From Sporopachydermia quercuum (Eukaryota), in assembly GCA_001599295.1 (NCBI GenBank), contig BCGN01000004.1, positions 1,365,676 through 1,429,675 on the forward strand: a stretch of DNA of 64,000 nucleotides, in the 5' to 3' direction. Shown here in pieces: positions 1-11,928 of the stretch (within the stretch, counting starts at the first letter, position 1; each line of letters opens with the position of its first letter). Under the pieces are notes generated by a model that had not been told where the DNA came from, did no database searches, and saw only the letters and a program-made list of their open reading frames with translations. The translations under genes and the position numbers were made by a program.

Positions 1-108
1 TTTAGCTTTTAATCAAATTTCTGTGAATACTTAAGAGAAAATTATTTTATTATTCTAAAATAGTACAAGAATTCAATTCCTCCAAGCAATAAACTACCCT
101 CGACACAA

Positions 109-1433
109 TCATTTCCAAACATTAGCATACAAATCGTCTCCAAATGCAATACTACTAGCACCAGTATTAGTGCTAATATTCTTAATGTTTAAAGAAGCAA
201 AGGGATCTAATAGATTTTGCTGAGTGGTATTCGAAGTACTAGTATTTGTAGATCCCAATTGTGAATTATTTCCTGAACCAAGGTTTCTAAATGAGTCTGT
301 ATTATTGGATGCTGAATTCTTTTCTAATGTTAGATTCGATAATGAATTTGATGCCCCCAGTGAAGTAGCTCCTAACGCAACATTCGGTGTAGAACTGGAA
401 TATAAAGACAAAATTGATTTTTTGAGATCTGGTCTTGATGAAGAGGCTGAATTTGTTGACTGAAACTGAGTATTTGAGTTGGTGGCTGGTACCGTTGCAG
501 TGCCCATCAATAAATCAGCAGCAGAAACACTTGTCTTGATTGCAGCTGTTGTTGAGGGTGCCGAAGGGACATTAACGTTAGAAGGTTGTGCTGAGACAGG
601 GGAACCAAAATCCAGATCCAGATCCAACAAGTTAACTGGTTGAGATTGTTGCACTTGAGCTTTTGGTTGAGGCTGAGGTTTGTGATTGAAATGAGAAGCA
701 TGATGTTTCGCCGAAGGTTTAGCTGCTTCAGCTTTAGCAGTTAAACTGGGAGCAGTTACTGGTGCACTAGCGCCCAAAGTGCTGGGATCAGGGATAGTTC
801 TAGACATAGCCCATTTCTTCAATTCGTATTTGGTTCTAATGAAATTCTCAATTTTGCTATTCAATAGTGTTAATCGTTTTTTCGTTCACATAAGAGGAAA
901 GGATTGGATCAGATTCAAATATCATCATTTGAATCTAGCTCTAACATATTGACATATTAACAAAGTAACAAAGTACATACCTATCATCAGGGACATGCCT
1001 TTGACCTAATTTATATTCCCAATATTGATTGGCCTTATCATTACCCCATTTCAACATAGATTCGACTTGCTCCTCAGTCCATGAGTCAAGATCAACAGAT
1101 TTCACTGATATAAAAATTTTCCTTGTTAATAAAACAATATTAATCAGTAATAACTGAACATCACACTTGAACACCACTCACCACATTTAACAAATAACAA
1201 ATCCAGCATAATTTCATACCTTTACTAATATGAGTACCCATACTTCTATGAATACCGGAACATCTAATGCAAATGAAAACACCTAAATTCCAACTAGCCC
1301 AGCGAGGATGATTTGCTGTTTTGCAATCAGCACAGCTCTTGTTTCCAGGCTCTTTCAGTAGAGCTTTCAAAACTAACTTGTGCTTTTCATTTTTTTGCTT
1401 CCGTTCATCAACTGGTCGATTATAGCGTGACAT
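109..1433 (-). CDS. AGE2: ADP-ribosylation factor GTPase-activating protein (ArfGAP, Age2/SMAP-like), 3 exons
   Basis: Zinc finger CADC...[22 protein letters not shown]. Exons 1433-1220, 1104-981, 856-109; introns 1105-1219 (GTATGA..TTAAC..CAG) and 857-980 (GTATGT..TTAAC..TAG). The joined frame reads [28 protein letters not shown] and ends NVWK. Confidence 0.88.
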
Positions 1434-3574
1434 TTTTCCGATTAGGTTAATAAATCGCCTAAAAATGTCAGCAATTTCAAACCACTTCCCTTTCAACTTC
1501 ACCAAATCATGCAATTTCTACGTGTACATTATCAAATAAAAGGCTACGCAACATCAATCCAAGGCTATCATTACTACTAGACCAGGGAGGTTTGTTATGG
1601 TCTCTCAAATTTGGTGAGGTGGAAGAAATCGGAAATATTAACATTACGTCTCATCTTCGATATCCGATTGTGTTATCGAACTGACAAGACAGGCAAAACA
1701 AACGAGAGAATAAATAGTGATAAAACAAGTAAAAATAACGGTGCTAACTGCATATATGTTGTAACAATAAAGATGAAAACAGAGAATAAAGAGGGTTCTG
1801 TTTTCTGTAGTATCCACTTATTGGAGAATAACATATATAAAAGTTTTCTACTTGATTTTAGAACTTATTTAATAGTGAGATATTGGGAGGAAGAAAGATG
1901 AAAAGATAGAATATCGAAGTGTAGCAGCTGTGGTAATAATAGTTACCGTAGACTGTGAGGTTTTAGTGTTCTTAATGAGAACATGTTTCTATCCTTGTTG
2001 AAAGGTTCTGGAATGGTTGATGCTTTTAACCATAATTCATTTTGTAGATTTGATGATAGACAGAACTGTAATGAAAATAACACTTGNGAGTAATGGAGTA
2101 AAGTCTTACGACAGATTCAATCAATAAATTAGATATAAGTTGAATTCATAATGGCTCGAACGTTCAGTTGGCAAATTTTTTTTAATTATGTAAATCAATG
2201 TTCTATTCAATCCCTGGATCACTCAGAATCATTGTTCGACTCTTTGATTTACATTTACCCTCTCTGTGTTCATATATGAACATCGTACTATCCTATAACA
2301 TAGAATCAGTAGCTCTTTACCATTACAGCTGATGCAATCTTATAAAACGCTGATTTCAACCTCATTCATCAGATCATGAAATCCAATTTTTTTTGATTGA
2401 AATTTTCCCGTTTTACTCACAATATTACCAACATTAATCATACTAATCTAAGCCATCAACTTTGATGGTGATAGATACAAAACAGCCATGACTTAAATCC
2501 TGATTCACATGACATTTCAACTTTAAAATTATCTAGGTCACAGGACATTAAAACCAGACAGTGAATCATTCTGAGGAAGATTTCCATTCCGTTAGAGAGA
2601 AGAACGAGTGATTCAGCGAACGGAAACAACTCCAAAAGAAGATGCAGCAGTTGAATGCATTCTATAACTTTCAAGAATTAAAATTTTTTTTTTTTTGAAA
2701 AAAAGGTTGCTCTATATATAATTGTATACCACCTACTTTCAATAATCACTAGTATCATTGTTGTGTCTCATTTACTAGAATGCTTGAAATTAACGTTTTA
2801 GAGTTATGTATGTCCTATATTTATTGTTTTCACAATATGACCATCAGTCATTCAACCCATAATTTCAACCTTTGAACAAAAAGATTTTGTTCCAGTCTTT
2901 CATTTCTTCCTGTATACTAATCGCTATTAATATCTGTCAAATGATTTAGTTTTAAAAATAGAAAAGCATTGAAGAACTTTTAAATCTCATTGTTTTCGCT
3001 TGGAAAGCTAGGTCATTCTCTTATAACAGCTAACTCATTGCATTCTACTGGAATAAAACCGGTGAAACTTTGTTTCTCAATTGGGAGGTGTTTCACAAAT
3101 CCCAGTCAGCTCGCGAAAGTTAATTCTACGAATTGGATATCTGCGAAGTCAAACATTAAATAGTGGTGTTCATGTTTCTCTTGTGTATTGACTGAAATTT
3201 AGAACCATTCTATATAATCAGATGAAAGGAAGGAACTGTTCTATCTAATCTGAAGATGATACTCTTTCTTTTTGATATTCGAAACTAGATTGAAAGGATT
3301 TGTTTTGCAGACTGGAATCTATAGGATCGGGCTTCGTTTTGAGAAATATTTCAGCCAACGGTATTTGAACCAGCAAGGAAACGGAGTGAGAAACGATTAA
3401 TTGATCAACTGAAAATCTTTCTTACAGGGTGATATTGGATAACATTTAGGTCTCAAAAGTAAGCTGAAGAAGTTATAACATGTCAGATTATCTATAGATT
3501 CGAGAGCTATATTTGCATAAAGTCGCGGGCTTGCCACATACACCAACCACCTGGCAAAAGAAGTGCTTTCAATA

Positions 3575-4228
3575 ATGGGATTGACCAGTTCCCCAAGGTT
3601 AGAAGGAAAACCTGAGGCGGATCGTTGTTTTTCAGTGGAGGAAGTACATGTGCATAACTCGAAGGATGACTTATGGATGATAATAGATGGGAAAGTTTAT
3701 GACTGTACCAGATTCATTGATGTTCATCCTGGAGGAGAAGAAGTATTGTTTGATTGTGCTGGATTAGATGCCACAGGTCCCTTTAGGGTATGTTTGTTCA
3801 CTTTTGCTTGGCTTCTGCAATTAATAGTTAATTTTGAGCTTGATTGTGATTCTAACAATAAATAGGATGTTGGTCATTCTGAGGATGCAATGGGAATGCT
3901 TCGTCCTTTGTTCTTAGGATACACTTACAAAGCAGTATGTGATTCAGTTTGCATAAATTATGGTATTTCATTGAAAAAATGTGTACTGACAATATCTTAG
4001 GCTAAACGGAAACGCAGAGATAGTAATACAACAGTAAAAAAATGTGGAACGAAAGATTATAATCATTTGTAAGTAGAACTGCAGAATTTTCTTGTTCAAC
4101 ATTCGTGGTTTAGTTGGTTTGAAAATACTAACCTTGATTTTAGAGGCCATGTTATGCTACTCTGTCTTACAGCAGTAATTGCAGCAATTGGATTTTTGTA
4201 CTTGCAGAAAGTGAAAATGGAGGATTGA
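3575..4228 (+). CDS. Tail-anchored cytochrome b5-family heme protein, 4 exons
   Basis: b5 motifs WMIIDGKVYD, HPGG and DVGHS. Exons 3575-3787, 3866-3934, 4001-4068, 4144-4228; introns GTATGT..CTAAC..TAG, GTATGT..CTGAC..TAG, GTAAGT..TACTAAC..TAG. The last exon encodes a hydrophobic tail (VMLLCLTAVIAAIGFLYL). Start codon uncertain. Confidence 0.85.
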
Positions 4229-6272
4229 GCAGGTAAGTACGCTTCACTCGCATGCATATTTCATTTACAGGTTCAACACATTCCGCATCTTTTTATTTAA
4301 TCAGTTTACATAATCATATCCCCAACAACTCGAGGCAACTTCATAAAAGATTTATTGAGCTTTCAACAACTGATACAAAGAAAAACTCATACTCTTTACT
4401 CATGTATATATATTTTAGTTGCCATCCCGCTGGTTTGCACAAGGCATCATCACAAAGGCATGTCTTCCTTCTTGCTTCGCTTTTCTTAGTGAAGAGAAAT
4501 TATCATAGCACACTTGCCACAAGAAGAAAACTGTGAGTTGTCACTTGGAAACACATTAAACGGCCTTAGAACCTAACTTGTCATTCTGGAAGCTTGTAAT
4601 CAACTGGCAGCCTGATTCAGCTATTTAAATGGTGGCTCCGCTTGTCCACTTTCTTTGTACAATATTAGGCAACGAATATCTTCACTAGCATAGATTTATC
4701 TTTACAGTCATATTTCATTAATTATAATTATATTATATTAACTTAAGCATTTTCACGGACAGTTCCTTATTGACCCGTTGTATCTGTTCCATCGCTCATT
4801 TGCTCACTTTTCATTTCCCGAAATCAGTTGCCGGAACTGAAAATCTGCAGAACCTTATTTGATATTTATGCAATAGGTGTTTTCATGCATGATAGTGCAG
4901 ATACAATTGCGACAAAGTCATTCTTGAATCATGACAAATTGTTCTCATCGCAACTTCGGTTCTCAGTCTGTAGCAGGGGGAGATGTGAGAAACAGTTTCC
5001 CTCTTCTGGTGTCCAGGTGTTATCTGGACCCTAGGAATTGCAGTAGAAGATTCTGGAATTGACATTGAAGCTGTATATAAACCAATTCCTATTTGAGTGA
5101 ATATACTGTTATCTTCTCCGGTATGAAAAATATAGTCTGGGGTAATGAATAAGTGAATAAACATGATCTAGTTATGAGAGCGTATGACGGTGTACGAGAG
5201 TTATGGAAAGAAAATTAGAAAGTTTACTTTATTAGAATATCCTGTTTTGGTTATTTGTTTCACATAATTGTGTTTACTCCTTTTATGAGGACTCTTGAAA
5301 CCATCGTATTTCTCCGTATACCCTCGTTTCACTCAATTCTCCATCATTTCCGTTTTTTTTTTTTGGTTCAGGACATCAGCTACTTACAATATCACGGACA
5401 TAATTGTTCGCTCTCTATTCATTGCTCCACCGTCCTGTAACAATGATAAAACACTATTAACGCTTATTTGTAATAATTTTTTTTTTCAGTTCTAAGCAAG
5501 CAATCCAATTATTCATATATAGTTACCATTTCACTCTTAATTTTCGCTCTCTCTCCAAGTTGCTCTATCACCTCCAGCACAATCTCATGTCTCATTTCAT
5601 ATCTGTTCCCAATGATATTACTCTTTTCAAGTATCCGGACAATCAATTAAAGTTTGCGTGGAAAAAGTGAAAAATTCAAGAAAAAGCGAGAAGAAATGGC
5701 AAATTAAAACTGCTGCTGTATATATATATATATACGTACATTTGGCATTATCTGGAACTTCTTTCCCAAATCTTTCTTCATAATAATGAACTATCTGAAT
5801 GGCATACTTGCTTGATTTGAATACTTAAATAGATAAAGACATATTGGTTTTGTTTGATTTTGTTATAGCAATTGATCACTACTGATTGGTATGTTTAGAT
5901 AGCAATGTTTAATGAAATTTGAATGAAATGGATGATGAATAATGAAAAATTGATGAATGCTCGATAAGTGGAGGCGAGGGAATAAGATAGTGGATTTGGG
6001 ATCATGAGAGATCAGATATTTGATAGAGATATCGAGAGAAGCATATATGTGAGAAAAGGTTAGGGGACTGTGGCCTATGATCTAGAGTGTGGAAGATGGT
6101 GATCTTGCTTTTGAAGCCCTTTCATCGTATTGGAAATTGAAAAGAGGACTGATCTTTCCACTCTATTATAATACTTTTACTATTCTCTTGTTTTCATCCT
6201 ATATCAAGCATCCATTTGCAACTTAGCATTATTTATCAAGATAATTTCCTCGCAGAAGAGTTCAAGTTTGAA

Positions 6273-6335
6273 GTGAGCTCTTTACCATGGTTTTTCTCAA
6301 GTATGATTGAATCACATATACTAACATGGTTCTAG
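6273..6335 (+). other. Probable 5'-UTR intron of HSP60
   Basis: Perfect TACTAAC at 6319-6325 followed by TAG at 6333-6335. Candidate donor GTGAGC at 6273; the GTATGA at 6301 would give an intron that is too short. Confidence 0.55.
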
Positions 6336-6396
6336 ATATAGGTTTTCCTTCCGAACCTTTAACCAGTTTTACCATTTAACATACATATCATACACA

Positions 6397-8118
6397 ATGC
6401 TTAGATCATCTGTTAGAACATCTTTGAAGACAGCCAAGGCTTCTCCAGCCTTGACCAGATCTATTGCTACCGCTTACAAAGAATTGAAGTTCGGAGTTGA
6501 AGGTAGAGCTGCACTGTTAAAGGGTGTGGAAACATTAGCATCTGCTGTTTCTGTCACTTTAGGTCCCAAAGGTAGAAACGTTTTAATTGAACAATCGTTT
6601 GGTTCTCCAAAGATCACTAAGGATGGTGTCACTGTTGCAAAGTCTGTTACTTTGAAGGACAAGTTCGAGAACTTGGGTGCTAGACTTCTACAAGAAGTTG
6701 CTTCAAAGACCAATGAATCTGCTGGTGATGGTACTACTTCTGCAACTGTCTTGGGTAGATCGATTTTCACTGAATCTGTTAAGAACGTTGCTTCTGGCTG
6801 CAATCCAATGGATTTAAGAAGAGGTTCTCAAGCTGCTGTTGAAGCTGTTGTTGAATTCTTACAAAAGAACAAGAAGGAAGTCACCACCTCTGAAGAAATC
6901 GCACAAGTCGCTACTATTTCTGCCAACGGAGATAGCCACATTGGTAAGTTGATTGCCAGCGCTATGGAAAAAGTTGGTAAAGAAGGTGTCATCACCGTTA
7001 AGGAAGGTAAAACCTTAGAAGATGAATTGGAAGTCACTGAAGGTATGAGATTCGATAGAGGTTACATTTCTCCTTACTTCATTACCGATTCCAAGTCTGG
7101 TAAAGTTGAATTCGAAAATCCATTGCTTTTACTCTCTGAAAAGAAAATTTCTTCTATTCAAGATGTGTTACCTTCATTAGAAATCTCCAACAAGTTAAGA
7201 AAGCCTTTGGTTATCATTGCTGAAGACATCGATGGTGAAGCTTTGGCTGCTTGTATTCTAAACAAATTGAGAGGTCAAGTTCAAGTTGCTGCTGTTAAGG
7301 CTCCTGGGTTCGGCGACAACAGGAAGAACATTCTTGGTGATATGGCCATCTTAACTGGTGGTACTGTTTTCACTGAAGAATTAGATTTAAAGCTTGAAAA
7401 CGTTGAACCTGAATTATTGGGTTCTTGTGGCTCCATTGTTATCACAAAGGAAGACACCATTGTGTTGAACGGTGAAGGTGAAAAGGATAACATTGTTCAA
7501 AGATGCGAACAAATCAGGCAAACCATCAATGAACCTTCTACTACTGAATATGAAAAGGAAAAGCTTCAAGAAAGACTTGCTAAGCTTTCTGGAGGTGTAG
7601 CCGTTATTAAAGTAGGTGGTGCTTCAGAAGTTGAAGTTGGTGAGAAGAAAGATAGATTTGTTGATGCCTTGAACGCTACTAGAGCAGCCGTTGAAGAAGG
7701 TATCTTACCTGGTGGAGGTACCGCTCTTGTTAAAGCCTCAAGAATTCTTGATAAGTTAGAAGTCGCCAACTTCGATCAAAAGCTTGGTGTTTCTATCATC
7801 AAGTCTGCCATCAAACGTCCTGCTAAGACCATCTGTGAAAATGCTGGTGAAGAAGGGTCAGTGATAGTTGGTAAGTTAGTCGATGAATACGGTGATGATT
7901 TCACTGTTGGATATGACGCTGCTAACGGAAAGTTCACTGATATGATTGCTGCTGGTATTGTCGATCCTTTCAAGGTCGTTAGATCTGGTTTAGTTGATGC
8001 TAGCTCTGTTGCCAGCTTATTGGCTACTACTGAGTGTGCTATTGTCGAAATCCCTGCTGACGTGTCCCCTGCTGGTGGCATGGGTGGTGCTGGTGGTATG
8101 CCAGGAATGGGTTTCTAG
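6397..8118 (+). CDS. HSP60: Mitochondrial chaperonin Hsp60 (GroEL family)
   Basis: 573 aa. Arg/Ser-rich presequence, [32 protein letters not shown], and a C-terminal GGMGG repeat. Confidence 0.99.
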   Translation: MLRSSVRTSLKTAKASPALTRSIATAYKELKFGVEGRAALLKGVETLASAVSVTLGPKGRNVLIEQSFGSPKITKDGVTVAKSVTLKDKFENLGARLLQEVASKTNESAGDGTTSATVLGRSIFTESVKNVASGCNPMDLRRGSQAAVEAVVEFLQKNKKEVTTSEEIAQVATISANGDSHIGKLIASAMEKVGKEGVITVKEGKTLEDELEVTEGMRFDRGYISPYFITDSKSGKVEFENPLLLLSEKKISSIQDVLPSLEISNKLRKPLVIIAEDIDGEALAACILNKLRGQVQVAAVKAPGFGDNRKNILGDMAILTGGTVFTEELDLKLENVEPELLGSCGSIVITKEDTIVLNGEGEKDNIVQRCEQIRQTINEPSTTEYEKEKLQERLAKLSGGVAVIKVGGASEVEVGEKKDRFVDALNATRAAVEEGILPGGGTALVKASRILDKLEVANFDQKLGVSIIKSAIKRPAKTICENAGEEGSVIVGKLVDEYGDDFTVGYDAANGKFTDMIAAGIVDPFKVVRSGLVDASSVASLLATTECAIVEIPADVSPAGGMGGAGGMPGMGF

Positions 8119-8159
8119 ACAAACTTAGCATGAAGTGAATGCTAGGAAACTTTTATTTA

Positions 8160-8169
8160 CCTGTAAATA
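8160..8169 (+). promoter_or_regulatory. Puf3-binding element in HSP60 3' UTR
   Basis: CCTGTAAATA about 40 nt after the stop codon matches the Puf3 consensus CNUGUAHAUA. Confidence 0.6.
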
Positions 8170-8270
8170 CAAATTTGATGATTATTTTATATATCTATAA
8201 TATATATGTATGTATATTTATTATTATATTACTTGTAAGGATTTATTTTTTAAAAGATTAATTTACCCTG

Positions 8271-8294
8271 AAGTACCGTTAAGTACCGTTAAGT
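8271..8294. repeat. Short tandem repeat (AAGTACCGTT)x2.4
   Basis: aagtaccgtt aagtaccgtt aagt in the convergent HSP60/HUL5 terminator region. Confidence 0.8.
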
Positions 8295-8409
8295 TGGGTC
8301 AAATTTTATCTAAATGAATGTCTATGTGATTCCTGAATACATAACGATATATTACTACTAACCCATATCAACTACTAGACAACTAAACATTAACAACCAT
8401 TAAAATCGA

Positions 8410-11400
8410 CTAAGATAAGTCAAATCCTGCTCCCGCATGAATAGAATAAAGTAACTTCTCCCGTATTAATTTCTTGTCTCTATAGTCAGGCAATTTCAAC
8501 AGATTAAAACAGGTCGAGGCTGTGGGTAACCTGCTTTTATCATTTCCAGCACAGCGAATTCCAATCCTTGGTTTCAACGACGAAAATCCTAACAATGGAG
8601 CTCTTGGAACTGATGTAATAAACTTGATTACTTCTTTCCTTTCAGCATTGCTCATTTCTTCCAACACTTCCCACAGTAAACTTATAGTAGACGTCTTATC
8701 CTGAGCTTCTATTTGATACGTAGCATCATACTCAACATTCCGCTTCAGATCGGCTATATCAATCTCTGCTTCGCCTCCAGATACTAATATTTGTAGCTCT
8801 CTGGGATTAAACATGCCTAGCCATAATGGGGAGATGATTTCTGATAATCCTTTAACAAAAGCATTAGATGGAAGATTCATCAAGAAGTTCAGCTTGTAAT
8901 TAGCAATTGCATGCACATAATTCAAGCGATTTGTATTAGTCACAGGAATATTTTTCCCATTAGGAATTAACTCGATACTAATTGTTCTATTGTTTTCAAG
9001 CTCCTGAGTCACTGTAAAGTTGAGACTAATATCATTCTCAACATCATCAGAATATCGTAATAGCTTCAACAGATTATTGTATAGTTCAGGATCCAATGAA
9101 TATAAATCTTCAAACAACAATTTTGATCTAGAAGCCCATTTCTGTAGAAAAAATGAAGCAAACTCAACATCAACTAGTATTCCCTCATATAAGCATTTGC
9201 CTATAATTGTTCCTAGAAATCTGATACAAGCCAGTTGTTCGTTGCGGACTTCGATTTGTCCTGGGGTTAAATACGCATCGGTAATTCCTGTCATGGGATT
9301 CGGATAGATCAAATTATCTGAGGTTTCAGCGAATAATTCAGGTCCAGTTGGATCAAAACCTTCTTTAACAACACTAGTAAGAAACTCTTTAGTTAATCCA
9401 CCACCATCAATACCAGCTTCTTCATTACCAAACTGATCATAGAAAGTAACCGATATGTTCTTCTTTAACTTAGAACCTAAATGGCCCAGCGACTCATATG
9501 CATCAGCAAGCACACTGTTTCTATGAATAATGGCTTTAGGACCATTCTCTCTGGGTAAAAATGGGTTGAAACTATCGGGGTCATTTTGATTCTGTTGTTG
9601 ATCTAAAGCAACAAAGTTCTGGAAGATATCTGCTCTTTGTAGGAATTCAATACAGAAGGGCATTTTTTCAAGTATTTCCAAGAGTCGGAGAATTTGAACC
9701 ATTTCTGATCTATTGGCTGTCCCATTAGTACTAGACTGAATATTGTTGAAGCTATCATCAAGAAGTTTTATCCCTGCTTGAGAAATTATTCTTCTGGTGC
9801 TATTGGAATCTTGTAGATCATTTGATGGAAATACATTTAAAACCAAATCCCGTTCTTGTTCTTGATCCTCTTCTTCATCAGCATCATCTAAGGAAACATC
9901 ATTTGTTTCTTCATTGTTACGTTTTTCTTCTTCTTTAGCAATTAAACCAATATACCTTTTAAAGTCCTTTATATTCTCATCTCGAGTTCCTTTATAAGTC
10001 CAGAAACCTCCAGGAACAAAAGATCTCCTGGAATCACGTAGATATAACTGTTGTAAAGCCTGTAGAGATAGCGTTTTCAGAGTCTTCAGCTTAACCCCAA
10101 ACCGTCTTTTCATAACAAGAGTTTCTATGGCGAGACATTTCCCAGTTTCCGGTGATGTGCAGTAAGAATTCCAGATTAAAGAGAAACAGAATCGTTCAAG
10201 AAAAGCTGCTAATTTCTTTGTGGTTTCCAATGATATGCCAATTGTCGAATTTTCAGATTTCTTACTAGTCTTTTCATCGTAGAACTCATCATCACCTGCA
10301 ACAATCAACCAAAAGGAGTATATTTCTAGAAAAAGAATATAAATATTCCATAAGCTTGAAGAAGTACTCGTAAGGTTATCGGAAGAGTTGTTGAAAGTGC
10401 TGTCAGCTGATCGGTTAGTTGTAGTATCATTGATAGTTTGTAAAAGATCAACTAATGTGAAATCAGTATCAAGCACTGTATTGAATAATTGAGAATTCAG
10501 TAATGCATCAAGCAAATATTTTAAGGAAGACACTGATGTGCCATTGGGAGTATTGATCTTTTGTAGAGATAAATACATTAATAATGAGGCCTTGTTTTCT
10601 GGTAATAGCTGTAAAATCTTAGTGAAGAACAAAGGAAAAACTGTTGCTAAATAGTTTGAGGAAGATAAATCAGTAAACTGGAAATAATTGAATACAAATT
10701 CTCGGCTGGTCAACCACTTTATTAGACTGTAATCAGAACTGTGTATTGACCAGACACTGGATTTCCGATTTCTGTTACCACTTTCTCTAGGCTCTATTGA
10801 GATGAAGGGGGCATTTGGAACAATCACTGGCTTATGAGCAGTATCAGAGGACGTAGCGTCCTGAACAGACAATGAGAAAACGATACCAAGAAGACAAACG
10901 ACATTTGCAAAAGCTGATACTTGGGTGTAGCTCGGAGATGTGGAGTTCTCTGTGTTGTTGATAGGACTTTCAGAAGTAGTTTTGTTTGTTTCACCAATAT
11001 TGCTATCATCTGCAGAGCTGTTACTAAATGCAATACGTAAAAGATTGATAAGAGTCTCCAGCTTGAGACTGCTTGACATGGATTTAAACTTCTTAGCATA
11101 TTTATCATTTGAGTCTAGAATTTGTAGATCTGAATAGAATTCAAATATATCTTTGCTTGCCGTTTTTAAAGCAGCTTGAGATAGGCATTTATACCGTATC
11201 AGTGAACTGAGATGCAGTGCAAAAGGAGCAGGATCCTGGGGTAAATATGTATCAAGCAAATTGTTGAAAGTGTTCCTAATCAATAATTTAGTGTCTTCCA
11301 ATGATATACTTTCAAGAAGAACTAGGAGTTTGATTATCAATTCTTCGAGTAAACTAGAATCAAAACAAGTTACTACCAACTTACAAACCATAGTTAAGCC

Positions 11401-11928
11401 ATTAGTTGCAACTTTCTGATTTGATTCATTTAGGCTTCCATTGTATAAATGTTTGAAACAGTCAAGTAATTTCAATAGTAGTTTATAGAACTGTTTCAGC
11501 ACACTCTCATTCACTTCTGAGATGAAAAGAGAGTTTTCAGATAATATCTCATATACTCTGTTCAAGCATTGCAGAATATCAAACTCAGTATTACCACTAT
11601 TAACAGCTGGAATGAAATTTCTAACAAAAAAGTTGAATTGCTGTAAGACTTCTGCTAATTTCGTGGAATCCTTCTGTAGCGTTTCGTTTGCAGTTTGATC
11701 TAACCATTGAGAGTACAACTGTTTGGCTACTGATCTTTTGATTAAGTATCTTTCCACTGCAGAAGAAATAACAAAAGAAGCATTATCTTGCAGCTTTTGC
11801 TGTGCTCTTTTCTGCCTTTCTATTTGAGACTTCTTTAATAATGCAGCTCTTGAAACAGTAGACTGTTTGCCTCCTAGGTTCACAGTTCTGTTTCGACCTA
11901 CTTGACCTGTGAAATTGAACGATCTCAT
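8410..11928 (-). CDS. HUL5: HECT E3 ubiquitin ligase (Hul5/UBE3C family)
   Basis: N-terminal FTG..R.VNLGG motif; C-terminal HECT domain with EAGIDGGGLTKEFL, RLPTASTCFNLLKLP and AGFDLS. Confidence 0.93.
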   Translation of the reverse strand: MRSFNFTGQVGRNRTVNLGGKQSTVSRAALLKKSQIERQKRAQQKLQDNASFVISSAVERYLIKRSVAKQLYSQWLDQTANETLQKDSTKLAEVLQQFNFFVRNFIPAVNSGNTEFDILQCLNRVYEILSENSLFISEVNESVLKQFYKLLLKLLDCFKHLYNGSLNESNQKVATNGLTMVCKLVVTCFDSSLLEELIIKLLVLLESISLEDTKLLIRNTFNNLLDTYLPQDPAPFALHLSSLIRYKCLSQAALKTASKDIFEFYSDLQILDSNDKYAKKFKSMSSSLKLETLINLLRIAFSNSSADDSNIGETNKTTSESPINNTENSTSPSYTQVSAFANVVCLLGIVFSLSVQDATSSDTAHKPVIVPNAPFISIEPRESGNRNRKSSVWSIHSSDYSLIKWLTSREFVFNYFQFTDLSSSNYLATVFPLFFTKILQLLPENKASLLMYLSLQKINTPNGTSVSSLKYLLDALLNSQLFNTVLDTDFTLVDLLQTINDTTTNRSADSTFNNSSDNLTSTSSSLWNIYILFLEIYSFWLIVAGDDEFYDEKTSKKSENSTIGISLETTKKLAAFLERFCFSLIWNSYCTSPETGKCLAIETLVMKRRFGVKLKTLKTLSLQALQQLYLRDSRRSFVPGGFWTYKGTRDENIKDFKRYIGLIAKEEEKRNNEETNDVSLDDADEEEDQEQERDLVLNVFPSNDLQDSNSTRRIISQAGIKLLDDSFNNIQSSTNGTANRSEMVQILRLLEILEKMPFCIEFLQRADIFQNFVALDQQQNQNDPDSFNPFLPRENGPKAIIHRNSVLADAYESLGHLGSKLKKNISVTFYDQFGNEEAGIDGGGLTKEFLTSVVKEGFDPTGPELFAETSDNLIYPNPMTGITDAYLTPGQIEVRNEQLACIRFLGTIIGKCLYEGILVDVEFASFFLQKWASRSKLLFEDLYSLDPELYNNLLKLLRYSDDVENDISLNFTVTQELENNRTISIELIPNGKNIPVTNTNRLNYVHAIANYKLNFLMNLPSNAFVKGLSEIISPLWLGMFNPRELQILVSGGEAEIDIADLKRNVEYDATYQIEAQDKTSTISLLWEVLEEMSNAERKEVIKFITSVPRAPLLGFSSLKPRIGIRCAGNDKSRLPTASTCFNLLKLPDYRDKKLIREKLLYSIHAGAGFDLS

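Noticed and set aside
2267..2282. 16-bp perfect palindrome TGTTCATATATGAACA
   Set aside because: Isolated, AT-rich and not linked to any other structure.
4252..5495. Short ORFs between cytochrome b5 and HSP60
   Set aside because: No recognisable motifs or convincing splice structure.
5749..5765. Heat-shock element upstream of HSP60
   Set aside because: GAA/TTC spacing does not fit nGAAnnTTCn.
6514..6516. Alternative yeast genetic code (CUG-Ser or CUG-Ala)
   Set aside because: CTG occurs at conserved Leu positions (Hsp60 RAAL-LKG at 6514; Cho2 YRYL-NNP at 15600), which fits CUG=Leu. Only a few sites were checked.
6474..8081. Antisense ORFs over HSP60 and other long genes
   Set aside because: Shadow ORFs expected from codon bias; no independent motifs.
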